Below, piece by piece: positions 1 through 14,510 of a DNA stretch of 64,000 nucleotides. How positions within the stretch are numbered: the stretch's first letter is position 1; each line of letters begins with the position of its first letter. The position numbers were made by a program, and so were the translations under genes. The DNA comes from Eledone cirrhosa (Eukaryota). The stretch spans positions 113,212,001-113,276,000 of the forward strand of contig OZ024741.1 of the NCBI GenBank assembly GCA_964016885.1, in the 5' to 3' direction. The notes below the pieces were generated by a model. That model saw only the letters and a program-made list of their open reading frames with translations. It was not told the DNA's origin and ran no database searches.

Positions 1-65
1 ATATATATATGTATATATATTTATATATATATATATATACGATATTATATTTATAAAACCATATT

Positions 66-131
66 TATTTCGTTATATATATTTCTGGGATATCATATTA
101 AAAATATGGTATGCCTTCCTCAGACAAAATA
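66..131 (-). ncRNA. Hammerhead-like ribozyme motif (inverted copy of 990-1055)
   Basis: Reverse complement of the 990-1055 motif. Confidence 0.55.
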
Positions 132-989
132 CAATACATAAGCTGTTTTATAAATAATTAGTGACATACCTTGTAATAATGCAACTTCCATTTAAAAAGT
201 TGATTTGGTAGTGAAACTGTTATGACAGTTATATAGAAAGAAAAACGAAGGTGAGAAGAAGAAGATGAAGAGATGTATGTAAATAAAAAAAAGAAGAAGA
301 AGAAGAGATGTATGTAAAGAAAAACAACGGAGCGAGATAGAGAGACAAGGAGAGAGAGAAATACATTGAGGAGGTGAAAAAATATAGTAGGCTGCTTTTG
401 GACAGATGATCATCGTATATGTGAGAGGTTAAGGGAAGGGATACAGTTAAACTAGTGTATAGGAGAAAAAGAAAGAAAGATGATATATTTAAAATATATT
501 AAAAATATATTATGTCTCATCCATTTGAATTATCAATTTTTATGAATTAGGTATTATAATGTAAATATCAGTATTCATGAATGAGACACATATCCATAAT
601 GTGTGAAAAAATGACCACATGCTCAGTTTAAAAATTCTTAGGTCTATAAGCAAAATCTGAGATAAAACTTCAAACATAAGTATATATGCATTCTCGTGAA
701 AAAAAGAGAAAAGAGAAGGTTATCTCAAATTCAAGTTGATAAATATAGACGCACATGTGAACCTACGTGATACTTGTCTCTCTATCTCGCTCCGTTGTTT
801 TTCTTTACATACATCTCTTCATCTTCTTCTTTTTTTATTTACATACATCTCTTCATCTTCTTCTTCTCACCTTCGTTTTTCTTTCTATATAACTGTCATA
901 ACAGTTTCACTACCAAATCAACTTTTTAAATGGAAGTTGCATTATTACAAGGTATGTCACTAATTATTTATAAAACAGCTTATGTATTG

Positions 990-1055
990 TATTTTGTCTG
1001 AGGAAGGCATACCATATTTTTAATATGATATCCCAGAAATATATATAACGAAATA
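990..1055 (+). ncRNA. Type I hammerhead-like ribozyme motif
   Basis: Stem I TATTTTGT/ACGAAATA, core CTGAGGA, imperfect stem II (CATATT/AATATG), GAAAT-ATAT-ATA (minimal stem III, AUA cleavage triplet). Confidence 0.55.
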
Positions 1056-1186
1056 AATATGGTTTTATAAATATAGTTTCCATTTGTTTAGTATCGTAAA
1101 CCTACTCCAGAAACTGTTGAGTGCTTTTATATCAGTTATAAAATATTTACTCGTTGTAACCCAACAATCTTAAATAAAACTTTTGC

Positions 1187-1502
<316 letters not shown>

Positions 1503-1667
1503 TTGTCATACTTTGGGAGGGTCATGTTGCCAATAAGAAACACACACACCAGTTGCTTTCACTTCAATTTATTATATATTTATAAATTTATAAATTTACA
1601 AATCTACAAACTTATAAATTTCTGGTTGGTTGGTTGGTTCCACAACCAGATAGTTCTTTATATATAT

Positions 1668-1712
1668 AGTCATAGTCCTTTCGTCACACACTCTGTGACC
1701 TCTTCAGTGACT
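1668..1712 (-). ncRNA. Minimal type I hammerhead ribozyme in PLE pLTR
   Basis: Minus strand AGTCA-CTGAAGA-G-GTCACA gagtg TGTGAC-GAAAG-GA-CTA-TGACT; stems I and II fully paired. Confidence 0.75.
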
Positions 1713-1928
1713 GGGGATTCCTTTCTTTGTTTCTGTGCCTTTCCTTTCTTCTGTCCTACGCCATTTTGTTTCTGTGTGTGTGTTGTGTGCTCAGTTTGCG
1801 CATGCGCCACATCCGGGTGTCTGTGTGTGTTTGTGTTCATTTATCTATTTGTTTATTTATTTATTTATTTATTTACATGTTGTTGGTTGGTTGTTTGTTC
1901 TATGTCTGTGTGTGTTTTCATTTTGTCC

Positions 1929-2462
1929 TTAATTGTAAGTTGTGATGTTGCTGTTCCGCTCATATTTTCTATTTAATTTTGGTTGTAATTCTTTTATGCT
2001 TACTGCCTCTGTAATTTGCCTAAACATTGCATCTTTTCTGTGTGTGGATTCTATTTTTATTTCTATGTTCTCTAATTTACCCTTGTGTTCTATCTTAGCA
2101 TGTTGGTAGAGCCTAGATGATTTTTTATTATCTTGAAGGTCTCGCCAGTGTTCATTTATTCGTTCCCCTATACTACGAGCTGTCTCACCTATGTACACTA
2201 TATTTTTGTTTCTACATTGTCCTTCAGTACATCTTATGCTATACACTACATTTCTAGTTTTACAGTTAATATGGGGGCTTATTTTACAGGTTATACATTT
2301 CTTATCTATACATGAGGGTCTTTGGAACGGGTATGTCTTGCTAATAAGTGTTTTTACGGAGGTACCTGGTCTTTCTAATATCTTAATATTGAGTTTATGT
2401 TTATTTAGGGCCCTTCTAAATTTGTAGGCTAGTTCGCCTCTAGGGGTTGTATTGATGAACAT
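1929..2462 (-). pseudogene. PLE C-terminal Cys-rich linker and GIY-YIG endonuclease (5'-truncated ORF)
   Basis: CIDKKCITC linker, NVVYSIRC..C...YIGETARSIGERINEH, LYQH...EH, RQITEAVSI...LNRK. Confidence 0.85.
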
Positions 2463-2536
2463 TACACTCCAGAGTGTAATGTTTTTTAGAGTAGTGACAA
2501 ATTCACTTACTTTGATCTCAGCAAACAGGGGAGATA

Positions 2537-2581
2537 AGCCGACAAGGCCTTGTTTCGCTTTTGTTGAAGCTTATCAAGGCT
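2537..2581 (-). ncRNA. Hammerhead variant with TTGATAA core
   Basis: Minus strand AGCC-TTGATAA-GCTT caacaa AAGC-GAAAC-AAGGCCTT-GTC-GGCT; stems I and II paired, palindromic stem III. Confidence 0.65.
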
Positions 2582-2606
2582 AACTACTTTTAATTAAGCA
2601 TAAAGT

Positions 2607-3244
<638 letters not shown>

Positions 3245-3308
3245 GGAACAAGTAAGACCCCGACGGCTGAGCTCAAGCCGTTTCGACGGCTAATTCTGTA
3301 CAGAATTC
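3245..3308 (-). mobile_element. PLE terminal fragment with 3' half of a hammerhead (duplicated at 6062-6125)
   Basis: Minus strand GAAAC-GGCT tgagctc AGCC-GTC-GGGGTC; related copies at ~42570 and ~53950. Confidence 0.55.
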
Positions 3309-5762
3309 TGGGCAGTGTCTGGTCGGCTGACCATGCCTTGCTCATACAGGAACTGATTTGGCTTCATTTCTACAGCTGGATGCCCTTCCTAACACCAACC
3401 TCATTTACAGTGAGTGCTGGGTGCTTTTTCGTGGCGCCTACACGTCCACTTTACAGTGTGGGCTGGGTGCTTTTTTGCCGTGGCACCTCCACGACCACCT
3501 TGCGGTGGGGGATGTGGGGGCATATTGTCTATATGCTTCAGCTTGTACCCATGGGAGGTTGGGTACTCTGTATTACTGCGTGACGCCAGAGGTCACGGTC
3601 ATGTGTCATTGCCTTTGAGAGGTGTAATTGGGTAAAGTCGGCTTTTATCACCTCATCCCAGGTCATCTTGGGTCTCCTCACTCCGCGGTTTCCATCGACT
3701 TCTAGTGCTCTGCACCTTTTTATGCAGCTGTCATCCTTCATACGCATCACATGTCCATACCAGCGCAACCGCCTCTCCTGCACACAGCATTTGATTCCTC
3801 TTATGCTCAGTCTCTCTCTCAATTCATTTATGCTTTGTCGTTCACGTATATTACTGTTACACATCCATCGGAGCATGTAGGCTTCGTTTCTCTCTAATCT
3901 ACGTAAGTCTTCCACCTTCAGTGCCCAGGTCTCACTACCATGCAACATTGCTGTTCGGATACACGCATCATACAGTCTGCCTTTCATTCTGAGGGAGAAG
4001 CCTTTTGCAGCTAGCAGTGGTAGTAGTTCCCTAAACTTCTTCCATCCCGTTCTTACCCTAGTTATTGTACATTCTGAACACCCACCTCCGCTGCTAATTC
4101 GGTCACCTAGGTAGCAGAAGCTGTCTACTGTTTCTACAGAGCCCTCCCAGAGATTGGTGGTACTTGTTTCCTGTGGCTGTTTGCTGCTTGCTGTTTCATC
4201 ACAGCTGCTGCATGTGAAGCCTACATTCTTAATTAAGCTTCCTGAGATCCTGCTACATCTCTTGTGTACCCATTGTTTGCATTTGGGGCAGAGAATGTAG
4301 TTCCTACCTACACCTTTCCTACATACTGAGCAAGGTCATTTCCCTGGGGGGATCTGGGTTCTGTTTTCTTTTCTACTTACAGGGACCTTAGTCTTTGTCA
4401 TGTTGACTTTGAGACCCTTTCTTTCTAGTCCCTGCTTCCAAGTTTGGAATTTATTCTCTAGTTCTATCATAGATTCAGCTATAAGTGCGAGGTCATCAGC
4501 ATACAGGAGTTCCCATGGGCATCCGGTCTTAAACTTTTCAGTTATTGCCTGCAGGACTATGATGAACAGGAGAGGGCTAAGAACAGAACCCTGGTGGACA
4601 CCAACCTGTACGCTAAATTCCTCGCTATACTCATTGCTAACTTTGCTGACTGCTCCCCTATACATGGCTTGTACAGCTTTCACAAGCCATTCATCTACTC
4701 CTAGTTTTCTAAGAGCCCACCAGATTGCAGCACGTGGAACTCTGTCAAAGGCTTTCTCGAGATCGACGAATGCCAAGTAGAGTGGCTTACTTTTAGCTAG
4801 GTACTTTTCCTGTAATTGCCTCACAAGGAAGAGGGCATCAGTGGTGCCTCTTCCTGGTACAAACCCAAATTACATCTCGTCTATTTTCATCCGGTCCCTA
4901 ATCAACTGTGCTATAACTCTTTCTGTTACTTTCATGACCTGGTCCATCAACTTTATACCTCTATAGTTTCCTCTATCTAGTGCATCGCCTTTACCGTTGT
5001 AGCAGTTGACAATGATGCTACTGCACCAATCTTTTTGTATGACACCTTCTAGTATTACCTGGTTAACAATACGTGTGGTTATAGTGTGACCTACAGACCC
5101 AGATGCCTTCATCATCTCGGCAGCTATACCCGATGGACCGGTTGCCTTCCCCATCTTCATATCTTTGATTGCCTTACTTACTACGTTGCTACTGACTTGT
5201 ACTGCTGGCCCCTCTATAGGGTCTACTTGGGGTAGGGTCTCTTCTTCCCATGCATTCTCCTCATTTAGTAATCTATCATAATGACTCTTCCATGCATCTT
5301 TCTTCTCAGCACTTGTGAGGGCAAGCTCACCTTTATCATTCCGGATACACTTCTCTCCAATGACATCACAACTATCTCTGACACACTGCCTCGCAATTTT
5401 GAATACCTCCTGTTTCTGGTCCTCACGTTGCAAAACATGCTTGAATTTTCTATCCTCTGCTTCCCTCCTAGCCAAGTATATTTGTCGCCTAGCTTCCCTC
5501 TTGGTCTCTATGTAATGTACCCTGCTTCCCCCGTTCTTCCATTCTTTCCATGCCTGTCTCTTGGCCTTAACTGCTTCATCTACCTTATTGTTCCACCACC
5601 AAGTCACTCTCCTCCTGCATGAGGTCCTACTCCAGCCACAGACCTCATCCGTCGCCTCTAGTAAATTATTTTTTAGGAACTCCCAGTTCTCTTCTACATT
5701 AAATGTCTCTATCTGTTCTTCTCTAATGTCGTAGGCGTTGAGTAAAATATCTTTAAATCTGT
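3309..5762 (-). mobile_element. RTE-clade LINE, truncated, copy 1 (disrupted RT ORF)
   Basis: NYRGIKL, FVDLEKAFDRV, GVHQGSVLSPLLF, LLYADDL, RRLRWYGHVMR; premature stops at 4870 and 4336. Confidence 0.93.
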
Positions 5763-5771
5763 ATATATATG

Positions 5772-5849
<78 letters not shown>

Positions 5850-5854
5850 CATAC

Positions 5855-5894
<40 letters not shown>

Positions 5895-5916
5895 GTGTAT
5901 ATATATATATATATAC

Positions 5917-6011
<95 letters not shown>

Positions 6012-6012
6012 C

Positions 6013-6060
<48 letters not shown>

Positions 6061-6061
6061 A
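5763..6061. repeat. (TA)n/CATATGTG compound microsatellite
   Basis: The same pattern recurs from 8580. Confidence 0.9.
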
Positions 6062-6125
6062 GGAACAAGTAAGACCCCGACGGCTGAGCTCAAGCCGTTT
6101 CGACGGCTAATTCTGTACAGAATTC

Positions 6126-8579
6126 TGGGCAGTGTCTGGTCGGCTGACCATGCCTTGCTCATACAGGAACTGATTTGGCTTCATTTCTACAGCTGGATGC
6201 CCTTCCTAACACCAACCTCATTTACAGTGAGTGCTGGGTGCTTTTTCGTGGCGCCTACACGTCCACTTTACAGTGTGGGCTGGGTGCTTTTTTGCCGTGG
6301 CACCTCCACGACCACCTTGCGGTGGGGGATGTGGGGGCATATTGTCTATATGCTTCAGCTTGTACCCATGGGAGGTTGGGTACTCTGTATTACTGCGTGA
6401 CGCCAGAGGTCACGGTCATGTGTCATTGCCTTTGAGAGGTGTAATTGGGTAAAGTCGGCTTTTATCACCTCATCCCAGGTCATCTTGGGTCTCCTCACTC
6501 CGCGGTTTCCATCGACTTCTAGTGCTCTGCACCTTTTTATGCAGCTGTCATCCTTCATACGCATCACATGTCCATACCAGCGCAACCGCCTCTCCTGCAC
6601 ACAGCATTTGATTCCTCTTATGCTCAGTCTCTCTCTCAATTCATTTATGCTTTGTCGTTCACGTATATTACTGTTACACATCCATCGGAGCATGTAGGCT
6701 TCGTTTCTCTCTAATCTACGTAAGTCTTCCACCTTCAGTGCCCAGGTCTCACTACCATGCAACATTGCTGTTCGGATACACGCATCATACAGTCTGCCTT
6801 TCATTCTGAGGGAGAAGCCTTTTGCAGCTAGCAGTGGTAGTAGTTCCCTAAACTTCTTCCATCCCGTTCTTACCCTAGTTATTGTACATTCTGAACACCC
6901 ACCTCCGCTGCTAATTCGGTCACCTAGGTAGCAGAAGCTGTCTACTGTTTCTACAGAGCCCTCCCAGAGATTGGTGGTACTTGTTTCCTGTGGCTGTTTG
7001 CTGCTTGCTGTTTCATCACAGCTGCTGCATGTGAAGCCTACATTCTTAATTAAGCTTCCTGAGATCCTGCTACATCTCTTGTGTACCCATTGTTTGCATT
7101 TGGGGCAGAGAATGTAGTTCCTACCTACACCTTTCCTACATACTGAGCAAGGTCATTTCCCTGGGGGGATCTGGGTTCTGTTTTCTTTTCTACTTACAGG
7201 GACCTTAGTCTTTGTCATGTTGACTTTGAGACCCTTTCTTTCTAGTCCCTGCTTCCAAGTTTGGAATTTATTCTCTAGTTCTATCATAGATTCAGCTATA
7301 AGTGCGAGGTCATCAGCATACAGGAGTTCCCATGGGCATCCGGTCTTAAACTTTTCAGTTATTGCCTGCAGGACTATGATGAACAGGAGAGGGCTAAGAA
7401 CAGAACCCTGGTGGACACCAACCTGTACGCTAAATTCCTCGCTATACTCATTGCTAACTTTGCTGACTGCTCCCCTATACATGGCTTGTACAGCTTTCAC
7501 AAGCCATTCATCTACTCCTAGTTTTCTAAGAGCCCACCAGATTACAGCACGTGGAACTCTGTCAAAGGCTTTCTCGAGATCGACAAATGCCAAGTAGAGT
7601 GGCTTACTTTTAGCTAGGTACTTTTCCTGTAATTGCCTCACAAGGAAGAGGGCATCAGTGGTGCCTCTTCCTGGTACAAACCCAAATTACATCTCGTCTA
7701 TTTTCATCCGGTCCCTAATCAACTGTGCTATAACTCTTTCTGTTACTTTCATGACCTGGTCCATCAACTTTATACCTCTATAGTTTCCTCTATCTAGTGC
7801 ATCGCCTTTACCGTTGTAGCAGTTGACAATGATGCTACTGCACCAATCTTTTTGTATGACACCTTCTAGTATTACCTGGTTAACAATACGTGTGGTTATA
7901 GTGTGACCTACAGACCCAGATGCCTTCATCATCTCGGCAGCTATACCCGATGGACCGGTTGCCTTCCCCATCTTCATATCTTTGATTGCCTTACTTACTA
8001 CGTTGCTACTGACTTGTACTGCTGGCCCCTCTATAGGGTCTACTTGGGGTAGGGTCTCTTCTTCCCATGCATTCTCCTCATTTAGTAATCTATCATAATG
8101 ACTCTTCCATGCATCTTTCTTCTCAGCACTTGTGAGGGCAAGCTCACCTTTATCATTCCGGATACACTTCTCTCCAATGACATCACAACTATCTCTGACA
8201 CACTGCCTCGCAATTTTGAATACCTCCTGTTTCTGGTCCTCACGTTGCAAAACATGCTTGAATTTTCTATCCTCTGCTTCCCTCCTAGCCAAGTATATTT
8301 GTCGCCTAGCTTCCCTCTTGGTCTCTATGTAATGTACCCTGCTTCCCCCGTTCTTCCATTCTTTCCATGCCTGTCTCTTGGCCTTAACTGCTTCATCTAC
8401 CTTATTGTTCCACCACCAAGTCACTCTCCTCCTGCATGAGGTCTTACTCCAGCCACAGACCTCATCCGTCGCCTCTAGTAAATTATTTTTTAGGAACTCC
8501 CAGTTCTCTTCTACATTAAATGTCTCTATCTGTTCTTCTCTAATGTCGTAGGCGTTGAGTAAAATATCTTTAAATCTGT
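6126..8579 (-). mobile_element. RTE-clade LINE, copy 2 (tandem duplicate of copy 1)
   Basis: Offset 2817 bp, same breakpoints, only a few substitutions. Confidence 0.93.
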
Positions 8580-9150
<571 letters not shown>

Positions 9151-9717
9151 TCTATACAAATATGTTGACATATATCCACTAAACATAAGAGAATGGGAAA
9201 TTAAAGATGTTGAAACACAAATATAAAAACAAAGAATCAACATTATCACTTAATACTTTGAGAAACGCTGTCAGTTTTAATATATACAGTTTAGAAAATT
9301 GGATCAATTCATCTCTATTATATTTGGTAAGCAAAATGATGTTTTCTTTTTTTTCTTTTTGTTTTCAACAAAAAAATGCTAGTGTTGATTCTGAGAAAAT
9401 TTGCTCAATAATCTTAAACTCTCACTGTTCATATTGTATGTCTCTCAGCAACTATGTACCAAAATCATGGGGTGTATGTGTCTTTTTTAAATGGTAAGGT
9501 GTGGTTTAAGAGGAATTTGGCATCTGGTTAAAAAACCATGCAAAAATTCCCTTGTTGGCTTACACCGAAATGCTTAACTAATGTCATATCACACATTTCT
9601 ATGCATAATTCAGTATTCTACAAAAATATGTCTCTACTAGAATAATAGTTTTGCTCTATATATTTTTCAATGCTGCCTATTATAAAGTAATTTCTTCTAC
9701 TTGTGTCTCCTGGTGCT

Positions 9718-10300
9718 TTAATAATAATGAAAATATTGTGTACAGTGCTCAGGTGCACTACAACTCATCAAAAGTGTATGTATAGTACATAGGGTAATGT
9801 ACAAACGTCAGGAAAATGAACAGTGCATGAGTCATGATATACACATGTGTGCATGTGTATGGAAGGGGGACATCAGGTGTAGTTTTGGCGAATTTCGGAA
9901 AGCATGAGGGTTTTAAAGGATGCAGTGTCTCAGCAGGTAACAGCTGACGCAGGCAACTTTAAGCATGCTTCAGCATGCTTCAGCAACTTTAAGCATGAAA
10001 ACATGTTTCCGAAAGTCATGGGAGCTGTGCTGTTTTCTGACTTTGTAGGTATGTCCACGTTTGTTAGACACATGGAGATCGAAAAGGTGCTCAGGGTTGT
10101 TGTTGGCGAGATGGTTAATAACTTTGTGGGTGTTTACCAAGTCCATTGCCAGACGTCGGAGCTTCAATGAATCCATGCCCAGGGAAGCAAAGCGTTCAGA
10201 TTATGGTAGGTGTCTGATGGAGGGTATGCACTTGGTTGCACATCTCTGAACAGTTTCCAGGAGGTCAATGTTCTGAGCAAGATAGGGGTTCCAGACTGAC
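9718..10300 (-). mobile_element. CR1/L2-type LINE 3' fragment
   Basis: SLKLRRLAMDLVNTHKVI...RGHTYKV...RKHVF..KV C-terminal CR1 motifs; ends in a (TTA)n tail. Confidence 0.75.
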
Positions 10301-10627
10301 TTTGATATTATCTCTATTGTATTGCTTATACTTCTTTATTCATATATTATTATCATTATTATTATTATTAACAGAATTACATCCAATGGCTTAATATTAG
10401 CTTTACTGGTATCACAAAAGCTTTTATATAATAGATTAACTTTCCCATATTTCTTCTACAAATATATATTTGTGTATGTATGCATGCATATATGTATGTA
10501 AATATGTATTGTAATATATGTACATATGTATGCTCAATTTGTTAAACTATTTTCATAGTAGAAAAAAAAATGTGCATTGAAGCTTTTAACTCTAGGTTAA
10601 TTTCAAGATTTAATATATATATATAGT

Positions 10628-10800
10628 AATGCTTTGGGAGCATCATACTGCCAATAAAAATACATGCACCAGTTGAATTTCCCTTAATTTAATTACTATA
10701 ATTTTAATCATTTACTTTAATAAGTGTATAGTTCTTTAGTTGTTGTCAGAGCTCTTTTGTCACACATTCTGTAATCTCTTCAGTGACTACTTTTGTTATT
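10628..10800 (-). mobile_element. Degenerate copy of the PLE pLTR at 1503-1715, with decayed hammerhead
   Basis: Shares CTTTGGGAG..GCCAATAA..CACCAGTTG and GTCACACA..CTCTTCAGTGACT; the GAAA core is mutated to AAAA. Confidence 0.6.
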
Positions 10801-10850
10801 TTATGTCTCCTCTTTGTTCTGTTTTCACCATCTCTCTCTCTCTCTCCCTA

Positions 10851-10940
<90 letters not shown>

Positions 10941-11348
10941 CCCAAAGGGTCAGCCCATGCTACCCATGCTAGCATGGAAATATGGATTATATATATATGG
11001 GTTACACAGAGGAGGGGGAATCAGGAATGAGAATAGGTGGAGAGGGGTACCAAGTAAGTGAGGAGGGGTGATGGAAGGGAGCAACTTAAATGTCATTACA
11101 TCTTTCAGCTTTTTACTATTTACTAGCATGTAATAATTGTCAAGCAGGTCTTCTCTGAAGTTATCCCTAGCTGAGGGCTCTTTTGGTTTCCATATCTTTT
11201 TCCTTCAAATTCATTTGGCTCTAACCCTAAAGGTTATGTTGGGTGGTACATTCATCACTAGAGACTAACTTTGTATTTGCAACCACCAGTCTGTCATGAT
11301 GTCTGATGAAGATCATTTCTATCTATTTATTTATTTATATATATATAT

Positions 11349-11727
11349 GACCGGATGCTGTGTTGTTTCCTTGAGCAAGACACTTTATTTCACATTGCTC
11401 CAGTTTACTCAGCTGTAGAAATAAGATGATAGGACTGGGGTCCATATCATTCCACTGCAAAGTGGTCGTGGAGGTGCCATGGCAAAAAAGCACCCAGCCC
11501 ACACTGTAAAGTGGACGTCTAGGCGCAACGGAAAAAAAGCACCCAGCACTCACTGTAAATGAGGTTGGTGTTAGGAAGCACATCCAGCTGTAGAAATCAA
11601 GCCAGAATGAGTTCCCGTATGAGCAACATAAGGTCAGCTGACTGGCTACTGCCCACAAGAGGACAACCCGTCTAACCCATGGTAGCGTGGAAGAACAGAC
11701 TAAAACGGTGATGAGAATGATGATGAT
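11349..11727 (+). mobile_element. 5'-truncated CORE-type SINE with RTE-derived 3' tail
   Basis: CORE-like TGTTGTTTCCTTGAGCAAGACACTT; the last ~270 bp match the RTE 3' UTR at 61470-61745; (GAT)n tail. Confidence 0.8.
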
Positions 11728-11949
11728 ATATATATAGATATATATATATCAAAGAGTCAGCCCATCCTCCCCATGCTAGCATGGAAAATTGATGTTAAAC
11801 AATGTTGATGATAATGATATATATATGTATATGTGTGTATACATATGACTTTTCTACTATTTCAAGCATTAAACTAATATATTTCTTCTATGTACTGTGC
11901 CATTTGTTTTGTTCATTTCTGTTTTCCTTTTATATATATATTGAAGTAA

Positions 11950-12225
11950 GCTCATGAATCTTGAGTAATGACTAAAAGATATGGTTGCAAATACAGGCAG
12001 CCAAAATGGGGTTCCTTTGAAGGGTATATGGAGTAACATGTTACTCAATAGAATGTGTAGCTCAGAGATAAGAGAGTCACTTCATGTACAGCCACTATTT
12101 CTTTGAATTGAGATCACAAATCCGAATGTCTCAGGAAAGAATTGCTGGACAGATTTTAGATGCAAAATTGACTAGCTGGAAACCCAAGATGGTTAGATAA
12201 CATCCATGAGCTTGGTTAGTCTCAA
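11950..12225 (+). mobile_element. Degenerate Rex3/Expander-like LINE fragment
   Basis: Similar to 41380-41690 (ATACAGGCAGCCAAAATGGG, GTAGCTCAGAGATAAGAGAGTCACT). Confidence 0.6.
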
Positions 12226-12536
12226 TTCCAGCACTTTTTCCCATTTATTCTCCAATTGATCTGGCTGGATACCTAAGCAAGACTAGATCTCTTTCTCTTG
12301 GGTGTCAATGGTCAATGGTACAAAGTGTGCTTGTAGCATTTCTAACACACTTTTCCACAACAACATTCCAATTTACACACTGCTTTACAATGCAGAAAAC
12401 CTCATACCTATTGTCTAGCTAGCACCAACAGTTTTGCAAGAGATGTCAACATGAATGGACCTGTTATTTTTATCTAAAGACATTTTTTCCAATTCCAACC
12501 CGCCCGTCCCCTCAATCTATTTTATTTCTCATTCTT

Positions 12537-12572
12537 TCTTCTGACGAAGGACTAGCGTCCGAAACGTTAAGA
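12537..12572 (+). ncRNA. Minimal type I hammerhead ribozyme (isolated PLE end)
   Basis: TCTT-CTGACGA-A-GGAC tagc GTCC-GAAAC-GTT-AAGA; stem III is only the AACGTT palindrome. Confidence 0.75.
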
Positions 12573-12712
12573 CCCTCTTCCTGCTATATCAAGTGTTAAC
12601 CTAATATAAACCTTCCATATACTGTACCGACTGTGTTGTTATTTCTGTTTACCTTTTACATGCATATATATATATATACATATGTATACACACGCACGCA
12701 CACACACACACA

Positions 12713-12812
<100 letters not shown>

Positions 12813-13009
12813 TATATATAGGGGGCAGAAATAGAAGAGAGAGAAATGTAAAGAGGAGACAGACATGAAAAAAACTGTGAGGGAAGGATGAAGGGAACAC
12901 ATGGGTAGTGAAGAGATGTGAATGTTTCCTTTCTTCATTAATTTTATCCTTTTTTTCCTCAAGTGTATATTGTTGTGCCAAACATGTATGATGGATTTAA
13001 AAAATTATC

Positions 13010-13800
13010 TACACCTTGTGTTCATGTGTGATTTTAGTTGGTACTATTGTAGTCACATGAATTAAGTTACAGCTTTATCATGCCAATGTTCTTGTTACTG
13101 TTACAGTGTAAACATGGCCACCTTGCTAGCAGTTTGCATCAAGGAGGAACAAAGGACAGTGATCTGATTTTTCTTGTTGGAAGGTGTGTCAGGGGCTGAA
13201 ATTCATCAGAAACTTTTAACACAATATGATGACAGTGCACAATCATGTAGAAGTGTGTGAGTGGATCAAGAAGTTTAAAAGAGGACAAGGTTGAGGCATA
13301 AAGAAGGAGTAGGATGCCCATCAACCACCACCACTGATGAGATGATTCAGCATGTTCGTGAGATAGTAATGGCAAACTGGTGAGTTATCATCGATGAGGT
13401 AACATGTTCTCTGCAGATTAGTCATGGTTCCGCTTATCAAGTCATCCATGATGAGCTCAGCTTCCATAAAGTCTGTGTGAGATGGATGCTAAGAAAGCTT
13501 GCTGCAGAGCACAAGCGCAAATGTGTTGAGGCCTGCCAACGTTTACTTGACCACAACAACATTGAAGGCGAAGAATTTTTTAGCAAAATTGTCAAGATGT
13601 AATGTGGGTCGATCCCTATCAGCCAGAATCCAAAAGACATAGTAGGGAGTGGAAAAATCCTGGTGCACACTGCTAACAGAGTGGCCATGCTTACACTGTA
13701 ACAGCAGCAAGAAAACTAATGCAATCAAGCTTAAACTTCAATAATATGACCACAGTAGTGCCAACTATAAGCACGCATGAGCATAAGACAGTGTGACAAA
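13010..13800 (+). mobile_element. Internally deleted mariner-type transposon with inverted 5' duplication
   Basis: Degenerate N-terminal transposase from 13114 (EEQRTVI.FF..EG..GAEIH, EWIKKFKRG, ISHGSAYQVIHDEL.FHKVCVRW); ~13660-13790 is the reverse complement of ~13015-13145. Confidence 0.7.
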
Positions 13801-14080
13801 CCTAATATGTTATAGAGAAAATGCTAATAATTTTTTACTTACCCTCATATATATGTAGATACATACATACCTGCATATCTTTATCTGCATGTAGATTTTT
13901 CAAGTGTAAATATTATACACACATATTGCTCACTCACACACATAGACATACTCTTCACACACACACGCGCGCGCGCACACACACACACAGACACGCACAT
14001 GCGTGTGTATGTGTGTCTCACTCTATACTTTTTACAAACACACACATATTTATATATGCATACATAGGTACATAAATATA

Positions 14081-14510
<430 letters not shown>

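Larger units (their letters stand above)
46..1075. mobile_element. Penelope-like pseudo-LTR remnant with inverted duplication (arms 46-349 and 773-1075)
   Basis: The ~303-bp arms are near-perfect reverse complements, each carries a hammerhead motif, and the left end abuts (TA)n. Inverted partial pLTR duplication is typical of PLE insertions. Confidence 0.7.
1503..2470 (-). mobile_element. 5'-truncated Penelope-like element (GIY-YIG end plus 3' pLTR)
   Basis: GIY-YIG ORF fragment followed by a 3' region containing a hammerhead; ends at (TA)n. Confidence 0.8.
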
